Source of the DNA: Candidatus Krumholzibacteriia bacterium
GTDB taxonomy: Bacteria; Krumholzibacteriota; Krumholzibacteriia; LZORAL124-64-63
NCBI GenBank assembly: GCA_036351155.1
Contig: JAZBOO010000202.1
Coordinates: 1 to 34,437, forward strand
Direction of reading: 5' to 3'
DNA: 34,437 bases
The position numbers and the translations under genes are program-made. Shown piece after piece: positions 1-8,976 of this stretch. The notes below the pieces were generated by a model. It did not search any database. It saw only the letters and a program-made list of their open reading frames with translations, and was not told where the DNA came from. The stretch's first letter is position 1. Every line of letters begins with the position of its first letter.

Positions 1-3
1 AAG

Positions 4-2100
4 ATGCCAGGCAACATCCTGCGCGCGACCACGCTGGCGGGGATGATGATTTTGTGGACAGCTGGCGCGCTATCCGCCGCCGAAGAGCCCAGGGCGATGG
101 CCCATGATGCCCAGGCCGTGTTTGACGTGCAAAACCATCAGGTTCAGGTGACCGACACCCTGGTGTTGCCCGCCGGCCTGGACCATTTGCGTCTGGGCGA
201 AGGTATGGAAATCCAGACGATTATCGGTCCCGGCGGCCCCGTGGATCCCTCCACCGTGGTCATCCACCAGGAAGACGAGGATGGGGCCTATCAGTGGATC
301 GACCTGGCGGCGCTGGGTCTGACCTCCGCTGGCGGCAGCCTGACCCTGACCTACAGGGGCACTTTTCTGGAGTCGGTGGATAACACCACCTTCTCCCGGG
401 AGAACGTGGGGGGCGAGATCACCGCCACCATCAGCGAAGAGGGCATCTACCTGTCGGGTGCGGCCCAGTGGCTGGCCTGGCATCCGGACGCCATGGCCAC
501 CCACCTGTTGCGCTGCGACACTCCCGCCGGCTTCGAAACCGTGACCCAGGGGCGGCGCAGCCGCCACGAAACCCGGGACGGCCGCCTGCTGACCACCTGG
601 GAGGCACCGCACCCCTCCGATGGATTGAACCTGATCGCCAACCGCTACGTGGTGCACGTGGAACCGGTGCGCGACGCTGTGGACAGCTACACCTTCTTCC
701 TGGAGGACGATCCCCGACTGCGTGCCACCTACATGGAGCGCACCAAGGCCTACCTGGCCATGTACGAGGAAATGATTGGCCCCTATCCTTACGCCAAGTT
801 TGCCACCGTGGAAAACTGGTTTCCCACCGGCTACGGCATGCCCAGTTACACCCTGCTGGGCAGTCAGGTGCTGCGGTTGCCCTTCATTCCCTACACCAGC
901 TTCGGCCATGAAATTGCCCACAACTGGTGGGGGAACTCCGTGTTCGTCGATGTGGCGGAGGGCAACTGGTGCGAGGGCCTGACGGTTTACTGCGCCGATT
1001 ATCACTACAAGGATCTGGAGAGCCCCACCGGCGCCTACGAATACCGACGCAACACCCTGAAGGATTACGCAGCCTACGTGCACGACCCTGCGGCCGACTT
1101 TCCGCTGAGCGAATTCAAGGCCCGGCACAGCGGCGCCACGCGTGCGGTGGGCTACGGCAAGAGCATGATGGTGTTCCACATGCTTGAACGTCTGATCGGT
1201 CCGGAGGCCTTCTCGGCGGGACTGCAGCAGGTGGCGGCCGAGCATCAGTTCCGGCAGGCCAGCTGGAGCGATTTTCTCGCGGCCTTTGCCGAGATTTCTG
1301 GCCAGGATCTGACGGCCTTCCGGGATCAATGGTTGACCCGACCGGGGGCGGTGCGCCTGTCGGTCGATGCGGTGAAGTTCGACCAGGACAAGGTGAGCTT
1401 CCGCCTGGTGCAGGCAGCCCCTCTGTATGATGTGATGGTGCCCATGGTGGTGACCACCGCCGAGGGCGACCAGGAGCATCTCGTGCATCTGGATGGGGTG
1501 AGCCAGACCTTCGAGATCAAGGTGAAGGGGGCGCAGCGCCTGGCGGTGGATCCGGCCTGCCATCTGTTCCGCCACCTGCACCCCAGGGAAATCGAATCCA
1601 CCTTGAGCCAGGTGCTGGGCGTGGATTTGCCCGGGTTCGTTCTGGACCAGCCCAATGAGGCCATGGCCACCGCCGGGCGGGCTTTTGCCCAGGCCTTTTC
1701 CGAAATGAATGAAGGCTTCTATTTCAATACCGAGGGGCACCTGGCCAGGGATCTGGCCCCGGACCAGGCTTTCACTCACGTGGTGATCAACCCCGGCACA
1801 CCCCTGCTCAATCGCTATCTGACGGATGAGCTTGTCCTTTCCGGGTCCACCTTCTTCCTGGGGGGCAAGCGCTACAGCCTCAAGGAGAACGACCTGGTAT
1901 TCGCGGCCCCCAATCCCCTGTCTCCGCAAAACACCGATCTGGTCATTCTTTGTGATTCACCGCATCGTCTCGAGTCCCTGGCCCGACGGGTGGTGCACTA
2001 CGGGAAGTACAGCTGGCTGGTGATGCCCCGGGGGCAGGGCGATGTGGTCAAGGGGAACTGGCCTCTGTCTGGATCGCCGCTTATTGTGATCAAGCAGTAG
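4..2100 (+). CDS. M1 family zinc aminopeptidase, secreted
   Basis: HEIAH (HExxH) followed by NWCEGLT (third Zn ligand E), GYGKS catalytic Tyr region and a signal-peptide-like N-terminus. The start is at the window edge and may be incomplete. Confidence 0.85.
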   Translation: MPGNILRATTLAGMMILWTAGALSAAEEPRAMAHDAQAVFDVQNHQVQVTDTLVLPAGLDHLRLGEGMEIQTIIGPGGPVDPSTVVIHQEDEDGAYQWIDLAALGLTSAGGSLTLTYRGTFLESVDNTTFSRENVGGEITATISEEGIYLSGAAQWLAWHPDAMATHLLRCDTPAGFETVTQGRRSRHETRDGRLLTTWEAPHPSDGLNLIANRYVVHVEPVRDAVDSYTFFLEDDPRLRATYMERTKAYLAMYEEMIGPYPYAKFATVENWFPTGYGMPSYTLLGSQVLRLPFIPYTSFGHEIAHNWWGNSVFVDVAEGNWCEGLTVYCADYHYKDLESPTGAYEYRRNTLKDYAAYVHDPAADFPLSEFKARHSGATRAVGYGKSMMVFHMLERLIGPEAFSAGLQQVAAEHQFRQASWSDFLAAFAEISGQDLTAFRDQWLTRPGAVRLSVDAVKFDQDKVSFRLVQAAPLYDVMVPMVVTTAEGDQEHLVHLDGVSQTFEIKVKGAQRLAVDPACHLFRHLHPREIESTLSQVLGVDLPGFVLDQPNEAMATAGRAFAQAFSEMNEGFYFNTEGHLARDLAPDQAFTHVVINPGTPLLNRYLTDELVLSGSTFFLGGKRYSLKENDLVFAAPNPLSPQNTDLVILCDSPHRLESLARRVVHYGKYSWLVMPRGQGDVVKGNWPLSGSPLIVIKQ

Positions 2101-2224
2101 TGCTCGGTCGAGCTCAAATTTGCCAAATACCTGGGAGCCCCGAGGGTGAATGTGATACAATGCTGTTTCGCATCAGCCCCGGGCTTGTTCCCGCGCGGAT
2201 TTTTCTGAAGCAACGGACCGGATC

Positions 2225-4033
2225 ATGACTCCTTTGCCCATTCCGCTGACATCTGCCCCACGTTCCTGGCCCATGACGACCCGTCGGTTGGCCTTGTGGG
2301 CCATGGTCTGTATGCTGGGTCTGGGACTCCTGTCCGGATGCGGCGAGGACGACCCGGTGCAGAACACCGAGGAGGCCACCTGGGAAGCCATTCTCGAGGC
2401 GGGCTACACCCTGCGTGCGGTGTGGGGAGTCAACGCCTCGGAGTTTTTCACGGTGGGAGAGAAGGGCATCATCCGCCTCTACAACCGTGGCGAGTGGAGC
2501 AGCTGGCGCTTCAACCACACCCCCACCCTGCACGCGGTCTGGGGCACCGACCGTGAGCATGTCCTGGTGGTGGGCGACGACGGGACCTGCTACCAGTACA
2601 ATGGGCAGGACTGGGAAACCCGCTACCCCGACACCACCGCCGATCTGCACGGCATCTGGGGCACGTCCTGGAACAATGTCTATGCCTGTGGCCAGAATGG
2701 CACCCTGGTTCATTTCGATGGGATGAGCTGGACCGCGATGGAGAGCGGAACCGATGCTCTGCTGATCGACATCTGGGGACGGGCTGCCGACGATATCTAC
2801 ATGGTCGGCGCCGAGGGCACCATCCTGCACTTCGATGGCCAGACCTGGGAATCCATGCCCAGCGGCACCACCCAGGCACTCGACAGTGTCTGGGGTCTGG
2901 CCGGCGATGATGTCTACGCCGTGGGGACGGCCGGGACCATCCTGCGCCTGGACGGGGACGACTGGGTCAGCGAGGAATCCCACACCACCGAGCGCCTGTG
3001 GGCGGTCCGTGGCCTGCCAGGCCAGGGGCCGGTGGCCATCGGGTCGGACGGCGCCTATCTCCAGCGCACCGAGAGTGGCTGGACGGCCATCGTCGCCGCC
3101 GAAGGCCGCTATCTTTACGGCCTGTGGGCCGATGGGGACAGCGCGCTTCTTCTGGTGGGGTACAATGGATTGATCATGCGCATCACCGATCCCGCCTGGC
3201 AAACCCTGAGTGCCGGCCGGACCCACTGGATCAATGCCGTGTGGGCGGCGGAATGCGGCCGGACCTACGCCGTGGGCAAGCAGGGCGTGATCCTGCAATC
3301 CATGGGTGGGGGCTGGCAGGATATTTCCCCCGATCTGGACGACATCGACTACACCGCCATCTGGGGCCTGGCCGAGGACGACTTCTTCGTGGTGGGCAGC
3401 AAGGGGGTCATTGCGCGCTATCGGCAAGGGCGGCCCTGGGAAGTCTGGCGCCTGCAATCAGAGGCCAATCTGGAGGATGTCTGGGGCGCCGGTCCGGGTG
3501 ATGTGTTCGCCGTGGGCGCCGGGGGCACCATCGTGCGATACGATGGGTACGCCTGGGAGGAGATGTTCAGCCAGACGGAAATTTCCCTGAATGGGGTGCA
3601 CGGGCGAAGCCGCACGGATGTCACCGCGGTGGGTCTGAACGGGACCATCATGCATTTCAATGGCCTGGTGTGGCGGCCCAGCAATAGCGGCACCACCACC
3701 CAGATCAACGCCGTGTATTGCTCACCGGACGGAAAAGCGGTGGCGGTGGGTGAGGGAGGCCTGGTCCTCCACAACAGCGGCCTGCTTGGCGAAGACACAC
3801 CCTGGGAGCCCCAGGTTAGCGGGACCAGTTTTTCCCTTTATGATGTGACCAGTGCCGGGGGCAACCGCGCCTACGCTTCCGGATTCAACGGGCTGGTTCT
3901 GGAATACGATGACGGCGAATGGACCATCCTGACCACCGGTTTCCACGACCGCCTCAATTCCATCTACATGAATCCCTGTGGGGATATTCTGGCGGGCGGC
4001 CTCTGGGGACTGATCATTCGATATGGGCACTGA
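2225..4033 (+). CDS. Beta-propeller repeat lipoprotein (WD40/YVTN/BNR-like)
   Basis: Lipobox LSGC; about 14 repeats of ~40 aa resembling LxxVWGxxxxDVYAVGxxGTILHFDGxxW. The true start may be the downstream ATG (MTTRRLALW). Confidence 0.75.
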   Translation: MTPLPIPLTSAPRSWPMTTRRLALWAMVCMLGLGLLSGCGEDDPVQNTEEATWEAILEAGYTLRAVWGVNASEFFTVGEKGIIRLYNRGEWSSWRFNHTPTLHAVWGTDREHVLVVGDDGTCYQYNGQDWETRYPDTTADLHGIWGTSWNNVYACGQNGTLVHFDGMSWTAMESGTDALLIDIWGRAADDIYMVGAEGTILHFDGQTWESMPSGTTQALDSVWGLAGDDVYAVGTAGTILRLDGDDWVSEESHTTERLWAVRGLPGQGPVAIGSDGAYLQRTESGWTAIVAAEGRYLYGLWADGDSALLLVGYNGLIMRITDPAWQTLSAGRTHWINAVWAAECGRTYAVGKQGVILQSMGGGWQDISPDLDDIDYTAIWGLAEDDFFVVGSKGVIARYRQGRPWEVWRLQSEANLEDVWGAGPGDVFAVGAGGTIVRYDGYAWEEMFSQTEISLNGVHGRSRTDVTAVGLNGTIMHFNGLVWRPSNSGTTTQINAVYCSPDGKAVAVGEGGLVLHNSGLLGEDTPWEPQVSGTSFSLYDVTSAGGNRAYASGFNGLVLEYDDGEWTILTTGFHDRLNSIYMNPCGDILAGGLWGLIIRYGH

Positions 4034-4065
4034 ACGATAAACCTGCAAATGAATCGGGAGTGACA

Positions 4066-5523
4066 ATGGGCAAACTCGACAAGCTTCAGCCTGCCGCCGT
4101 GTGGCAGATCTTCGAGAAAATGACGGAAATCCCCCACGGATCGGGCAACGAAACGGCCATCCAGAACATGTTCAAGGCCTGGGCCGACGAGCGAAACCTG
4201 GCCTGGGCCGAGGACAAGGTTGGCAATCTGCTGATCAAGATTCCCGCCACCAAGGGTCGGGAAAAGGCGGCTCCGGTGCTGATCCAGGGGCACGTGGACA
4301 TGGTGTGCGAGAAGAATGCGGCCACCAAGCACGACTTCGAGAAAGATCCCCTGAAGCTGAAGATCGAGGGCGACTGGGTCACCGCCGAGGGGACCACCCT
4401 GGGTGCCGACAACGGAATTGGTGTGGCCATGGGGCTGGCCCTGGCCGACGACAAGAAGGTGGCCCATGGTCCCATCGAGGTGCTGTTGACCGTGGACGAG
4501 GAACGCGGCCTGACCGGCGCGGCAGGTGTCGAGGCGGGCTTTTTCTCGGCCCGCAAGATGATCAACCTCGATTCGGAGGAAGATGACGCCATCTTCGTGG
4601 GCTGTGCCGGCGGACGCGACACGGTGTTCACCATGAAGAACAAGGCCACCCGTGCGCCCAAGTCCGGCGTGGGCCGCAAGGTCACCCTGACGGGGCTCAA
4701 GGGGGGGCACAGCGGCCTGGACATCAACCAGAATCGCGGCAATGCCATCAAGATCCTGACCCGGGCTCTGCTGGCCGCAGCACAGGAAATGGAAGTGCGC
4801 CTGGTCGAGATCAACGGCGGCAGCATGCGCAACGCCATTCCGCGCGAGGCCGAGGCCAAGGTGGTCATTCCCAAGGAAGAGGGACGCCGCTTCAAGAAGA
4901 TCGTCGACGCTTGCCTGCAAAACGTGATGACCGATGAACTGGCCGGCAAGGATGATGGATTTGCCTGGAAGGTGGCCGCGGTGCAGGCGCCCCGGTGCTT
5001 CAGCCTGGATTCTTCCCGGGCCACCTTGAACCTGCTGGCCGCCATTCCCAACGGTGTGACGGCCATGAGTCAGGACATTCCCGGCCTGGTCGAATCGAGC
5101 ACCAACCTGGGTGTGGTGGCCACCCAGGGCGCCAAGGTGCGCCTGGTCTGTTGTAGCCGCTCCTCCATCATGTCGGCCCTCGAGGGCCTGGTGGTGCAGC
5201 ATCGGGCCATCGGCGAAGCGGCCGGTGCGGTGGTCGAGCAACCCGAAGGCTATCCCGGGTGGAAGCCCAACCTGGCCTCGGAGCTGCTGGCGGTCACGCG
5301 CAAGAAGTACAAGTCGGCGTTTGGCCAGGAGGCCGAGCTGCTGGCGATCCACGCCGGCCTGGAATGCGGACTGCTGACCGAGAAGTATCCCGATCTGGAT
5401 ATCGTCTCCTTCGGGCCCAACATCCGCGGGGCTCACTCCCCCGATGAAAAGGTGCAGATTTCCTCGGTGCAGAAAATCTGGAAACTTTTCGCGGCGACCC
5501 TCGAGGATGTGGCCCAAAGCTGA
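4066..5523 (+). CDS. pepD: Aminoacyl-histidine dipeptidase (M20C)
   Basis: Motifs QGHVDMVCEK, GTTLGADNGIG, TVDEERG, INLDSEE, GGHSG, IHAGLECG, GAHSPDE; GGGAG SD before ATG 4066 (ORF-track start 3919 is over-extended). Confidence 0.93.
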   Translation: MGKLDKLQPAAVWQIFEKMTEIPHGSGNETAIQNMFKAWADERNLAWAEDKVGNLLIKIPATKGREKAAPVLIQGHVDMVCEKNAATKHDFEKDPLKLKIEGDWVTAEGTTLGADNGIGVAMGLALADDKKVAHGPIEVLLTVDEERGLTGAAGVEAGFFSARKMINLDSEEDDAIFVGCAGGRDTVFTMKNKATRAPKSGVGRKVTLTGLKGGHSGLDINQNRGNAIKILTRALLAAAQEMEVRLVEINGGSMRNAIPREAEAKVVIPKEEGRRFKKIVDACLQNVMTDELAGKDDGFAWKVAAVQAPRCFSLDSSRATLNLLAAIPNGVTAMSQDIPGLVESSTNLGVVATQGAKVRLVCCSRSSIMSALEGLVVQHRAIGEAAGAVVEQPEGYPGWKPNLASELLAVTRKKYKSAFGQEAELLAIHAGLECGLLTEKYPDLDIVSFGPNIRGAHSPDEKVQISSVQKIWKLFAATLEDVAQS

Positions 5524-5540
5524 TCTTCAGGGTTGAGAAT

Positions 5541-5585
5541 GCGCGGTCGGGTCACCTTGCGCGAGGTGGCTCGGCCGCGTTTTTT
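5541..5585 (+). terminator. Rho-independent terminator of pepD
   Basis: GC-rich stem GCGCGGTCGGGTCACCT..AGGTGGCTCGGCCGCGT followed by a T6 tract, 17 nt after the stop. Confidence 0.85.
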
Positions 5586-5601
5586 GGCCCCTATCCGGGT
5601 T

Positions 5602-5783
5602 CTGGACATTTTGTCCAGGCTTACCCACAACTTATCCCCAGGTTTGACAGCTTATCCACGATCCCTTCCTCCGGCCACCTTGACCTTGTAACACCTTGCC
5701 TGGAAACATCTTGTGAGAATGTCATGATATTGTAAAAAATATTACCACCTTTTTGGAGCTCGGAGGTCCTCAAGTTATCCCCA
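5602..5783. promoter_or_regulatory. DnaA-box-like cluster with AT-rich tract (oriC-like or DnaA-regulatory site)
   Basis: TTACCCACA 5621, TTATCCCCA 5632, TTATCCACG 5652 and TTATCCCCA 5775, each one mismatch from TTATCCACA and all co-oriented; AT-rich tract ~5727-5744; IHF-like CAAnnnnTTA on minus strand 5689-5701. Confidence 0.5.
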
Positions 5784-5890
5784 GGGTGATGTTCCTTGCT
5801 TCACGGTACGATCTGTTCCATTTTTAGCAGGTCCATACACCCAGTACTCCTCTGGGTCGAACAGCATTTTGCTTGGGAAAGGCGGCCATC

Positions 5891-7165
5891 ATGTCGGGAT
5901 TCGGTGAAGCCGGCAAACGCGGACCAGAGGTCCGGTCCGATTGCTGGATCGGCGTCGAGTTGACCTCGCAGGAAGGGCTGGAAATAGACATCCAGTCCAA
6001 GGTGGCGGGGATGTACGGGGAGCGGATCCGCGCGCAAGTGACCGAGGGCTGCGCAGCCCTTGGGTTGAAGGGCGCCCGCATCACGGTGGAGGACCAGGGT
6101 GCGTTGCCTTTCACCCTGGCGGCCCGGCTGGAAACCGCCGTACGACGGGCCGGTCACCTGCCTGCCGATGACTACCTGTTGCCGGCCAGCGACTCCTGTC
6201 TGCGCGACTCTCTCCGGGACCGCCTGCGCCGCAGCCGGCTGTACCTGCCGGGCAATGAACCCAAGTTCTACGTCAACGCCGGGCTGCACGCTCCGGACGG
6301 GGTCATCCTGGATCTGGAGGATTCCGTGGCTCCGGCGGAAAAGGATGCGGCGCGCGCCCTGGTGCGCAATGCTCTGCGTTCGGTCAACTTCTACGGGGCC
6401 GAGCGTATGGTGCGCATCAACCAGGGGGAAATGGGTCTCGAGGACCTGCGCTGGATCATTCCCCACAACGTGCACCTGGTGCTGATTCCCAAGGTGGAAA
6501 GCCCCGAGCAGGTGATCGCGGTGGACCGCCGCATCGCCGCGCTGGAGCAGGAACACGACCTGGAAGGGCCCGTGTACCTGATGCCCATCATCGAGTCGGC
6601 CCTGGGTGCCTGGCGCGCCTATGAAATCGCCGACGCAAGCCCGAACGTGGTGGCTCTGGCCATCGGCCTGGAGGACTACACCGCGGACATCGGCGTGGCC
6701 CGCACCCTCGAGGGCACCGAGTCGTTCTGGGCGCGTTGCCAGGTGATCAACGGGGCCAAGGCAGCGGGCATCCAGCCCATCGACACGGTGTTCAGCGACG
6801 TGGAGGATATGCAGGGCCTGTTCGATTCGGTGGTCGAGGCCAAGAGCCTGGGCTTTGCCGGCAAGGGCTGTATTCATCCGCGCCAGATCGCCGTGGTTCA
6901 TGAGGCCATGGCGCCTGGTGAAGCGGAAATCGAGAAGGCCAAGCAGATCGTCCTGGCCTTCGAGGACGCCGAAACCCGCGGCCTGGGTGTGGTCAGCCTG
7001 GGGAGCAAGATGATCGATGCCCCCGTGGTCAAGCGCGCGCTGACCACCGTGGAAACGGCCATGAAAATCGGACGGCTGGACGGGGACTGGCGTGAAACGG
7101 ACTCGGGCGGTAGACCCGGCGCTCACAAGGATGGACGCACGGTGGAAAAGGGAGGCCAACGATGA
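5891..7165 (+). CDS. citE: Citrate lyase ACP (gamma, CitD) - citryl-CoA lyase (beta, CitE) fusion
   Basis: N-terminal ~90 aa match CitD (RSD, IQSKVAGMYGERIR, EDQGALPFTLAARLETAVRRA). The remainder matches CitE (RRSRLYLPGN, ILDLEDSV, IPKVE, IIESALG, GKGCIHPRQ, MIDAPVV). GAAAGG before ATG 5891. Confidence 0.88.
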   Translation: MSGFGEAGKRGPEVRSDCWIGVELTSQEGLEIDIQSKVAGMYGERIRAQVTEGCAALGLKGARITVEDQGALPFTLAARLETAVRRAGHLPADDYLLPASDSCLRDSLRDRLRRSRLYLPGNEPKFYVNAGLHAPDGVILDLEDSVAPAEKDAARALVRNALRSVNFYGAERMVRINQGEMGLEDLRWIIPHNVHLVLIPKVESPEQVIAVDRRIAALEQEHDLEGPVYLMPIIESALGAWRAYEIADASPNVVALAIGLEDYTADIGVARTLEGTESFWARCQVINGAKAAGIQPIDTVFSDVEDMQGLFDSVVEAKSLGFAGKGCIHPRQIAVVHEAMAPGEAEIEKAKQIVLAFEDAETRGLGVVSLGSKMIDAPVVKRALTTVETAMKIGRLDGDWRETDSGGRPGAHKDGRTVEKGGQR

Positions 7166-8730
7166 GCAGCGGAAAGATTCAACTGGTCGAGAATGCCGCC
7201 GGTCGTCTGGTGCCTGCGGAGATCAACGGGGAAAAGGCCACGCCCTACCTGGGGGTGGGCAAGTTCAAGCCCACCGGCCGCAAGAACGGTCCCCCCATTC
7301 GCAGCTGTGCCGACTATCCCACCGACGGGGACAAGCAGGTGGCCTCCCTCAAGGAGGCCTTGCAGAACGCGGGCCTGCGCGACGGCATGACCATCAGCAC
7401 GCATCACCACCTGCGCAATGGGGACTTCGTGGCCAACGCGGTGTTCGATGCCGCGGCCGAGCTGGGCGTCAAGGATCTGCGCTGGTTTCCCAGCGCCAGT
7501 TTCCCTTGCCAGGCGCAGCAGATCGAGTACATGGAAAATGGGCTCATCCACCACATCGAAGGTTCGATGAACGGTCCGCTGGGTGATTTCTGCACCAGGG
7601 GCAAGATGAAGGGCATGGCTGTCCTGCGCAGCCATGGCGGGCGCTACCAGGCCATTCAGGACGGCGAGGTCAAGATCGACATCGCCGTGATTGCCGCGCC
7701 CACCGCCGACCCCTTCGGCAACGCCACCGGCGACCGGGGACCCACGGCCTGTGGGCTGCTGGGTTTTGCCCTGGCTGACAGCGAGTACGCCGAGCACTCC
7801 ATCGTGGTGACCGACAATCTGGTGCCGTTTCCCTGCTACCCATGGCAGATCCAGGGCAACAACATCGACCAGGTGGTGGTCATGGATTCGATTGGCGATG
7901 CCAGCAAGATCGTCAGCGGCACCACCCAGATCACCAGGTCGCCCGACCGGTTGCTCATCGCCGAGCTGACCGCCCGGTTCTGCGACGAGGCGGGTATCGT
8001 GCAGGATGGTTTCAGCTTCCAGGCTGGAGCCGGCGGCACGGCCCTGTCGTTTGCACTGTTCCTGCGGGACATGATGCGTGAGCGCAACATCAAGGCGCGC
8101 TTCGTGCGCGGCGGGTCCACCCAGTACCTGGTGGACATGCTGGAAGAGGGCCTGACCGATTACATCCTGGACGGCCAGACCTTCGACCTGGAAGGTGTAC
8201 GCTCCATGCGGGAGAACGCCGGTCATGTGAACACCTCGCCTTTCACCAGCTACAACTGGCACGGCAAGGGAAACTTCGCGTCCATGCTGGATGCGGTGGT
8301 GCTGGGCGCCACCGAGGTGGATGTGGACTTCAACGCCAACGTGGTGACGCACAGCGACGGGCGGTTGCTGCACGGTATTGGCGGCTGGCAAAACTGTCTG
8401 GCCAGCAAGTGCACCATCCTGCCCATTCCCAGTTTCCGGGACCGGATTCCGGTGCTGGTGGACCGGGTGACCACGCTGTGTGGCCCGGGAGAGCTGATCG
8501 ATGTGGTGGTCACCGAACGGGGGATCGCCATCAATCCGCAGCGTCGCGATCTGACGGAGATGTTGCGAGGATCCTCCTTGCCTATCCGTCCCATCGAGGA
8601 GATCAAGGCCGAGGTGGAGGAGATCTGCGGCGGCGCGGCCGAGAAGCCCGAATTCGGGGAGAAGGTGGTGGCGGCCATCAAGTGGGTGGACGGTACGGTC
8701 ATCGATTGTGTCCGGCAGGTAGGGGACTGA
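7162..8730 (+). CDS. citF: Citrate lyase alpha subunit (citrate CoA-transferase)
   Basis: LRDGMTISTHHHLRNGD, RSHGGR, FQAGAGG, LGATEVDVDFNANV, VVTERGIAINP, DGTVID; ATGA overlap with the upstream gene. Confidence 0.93.
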   Translation: MSSGKIQLVENAAGRLVPAEINGEKATPYLGVGKFKPTGRKNGPPIRSCADYPTDGDKQVASLKEALQNAGLRDGMTISTHHHLRNGDFVANAVFDAAAELGVKDLRWFPSASFPCQAQQIEYMENGLIHHIEGSMNGPLGDFCTRGKMKGMAVLRSHGGRYQAIQDGEVKIDIAVIAAPTADPFGNATGDRGPTACGLLGFALADSEYAEHSIVVTDNLVPFPCYPWQIQGNNIDQVVVMDSIGDASKIVSGTTQITRSPDRLLIAELTARFCDEAGIVQDGFSFQAGAGGTALSFALFLRDMMRERNIKARFVRGGSTQYLVDMLEEGLTDYILDGQTFDLEGVRSMRENAGHVNTSPFTSYNWHGKGNFASMLDAVVLGATEVDVDFNANVVTHSDGRLLHGIGGWQNCLASKCTILPIPSFRDRIPVLVDRVTTLCGPGELIDVVVTERGIAINPQRRDLTEMLRGSSLPIRPIEEIKAEVEEICGGAAEKPEFGEKVVAAIKWVDGTVIDCVRQVGD

Positions 8731-8895
8731 GGCTTCCCCACGGTTCAGCCACTGCTGGGCTCCGCGCTCCAAGCCCCCGCACATTCCAGTGCGGGGGCTT
8801 TTCGCTCTGGCCGCTGGAAAGCGGCAAGAGTCGCCCTTCAGTGGTTGAGCTGTGGGGGGCCTCAGTCCCCTGCCCGTCGGGCCAATCGATGACTG
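8696..8895 (+). other. Long imperfect inverted repeat / candidate structured RNA overlapping the citF 3' end
   Basis: Arms 8696-8754 and 8839-8895 pair over ~57 bp with 7 G-U pairs, 1 mismatch and 2 bulges on the + strand, enclosing two smaller hairpins. Confidence 0.75.
8771..8802 (+). terminator. Putative intrinsic terminator of the citrate lyase operon
   Basis: Perfect 12-bp stem AAGCCCCCGCAC/GTGCGGGGGCTT with a 6-nt loop and a short T4 tail. Confidence 0.6.
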
Positions 8896-8976
8896 CCCCG
8901 GACAACAAGATGTTGGTGAGGTGATGGGTGGGCCGTATACTGAAGGTTCACCATCTCGTCCCAGAAAGTAGAGACG

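Noticed and set aside
8696..8895. Hairpin as SRP RNA, 6S RNA or tRNA
   Set aside because: No SRP CAGG..GGAA..AGCAG motif around the GGAA loop, no clear 6S central bubble and no cloverleaf; it also overlaps the citF CDS. Left unassigned pending an Rfam search.
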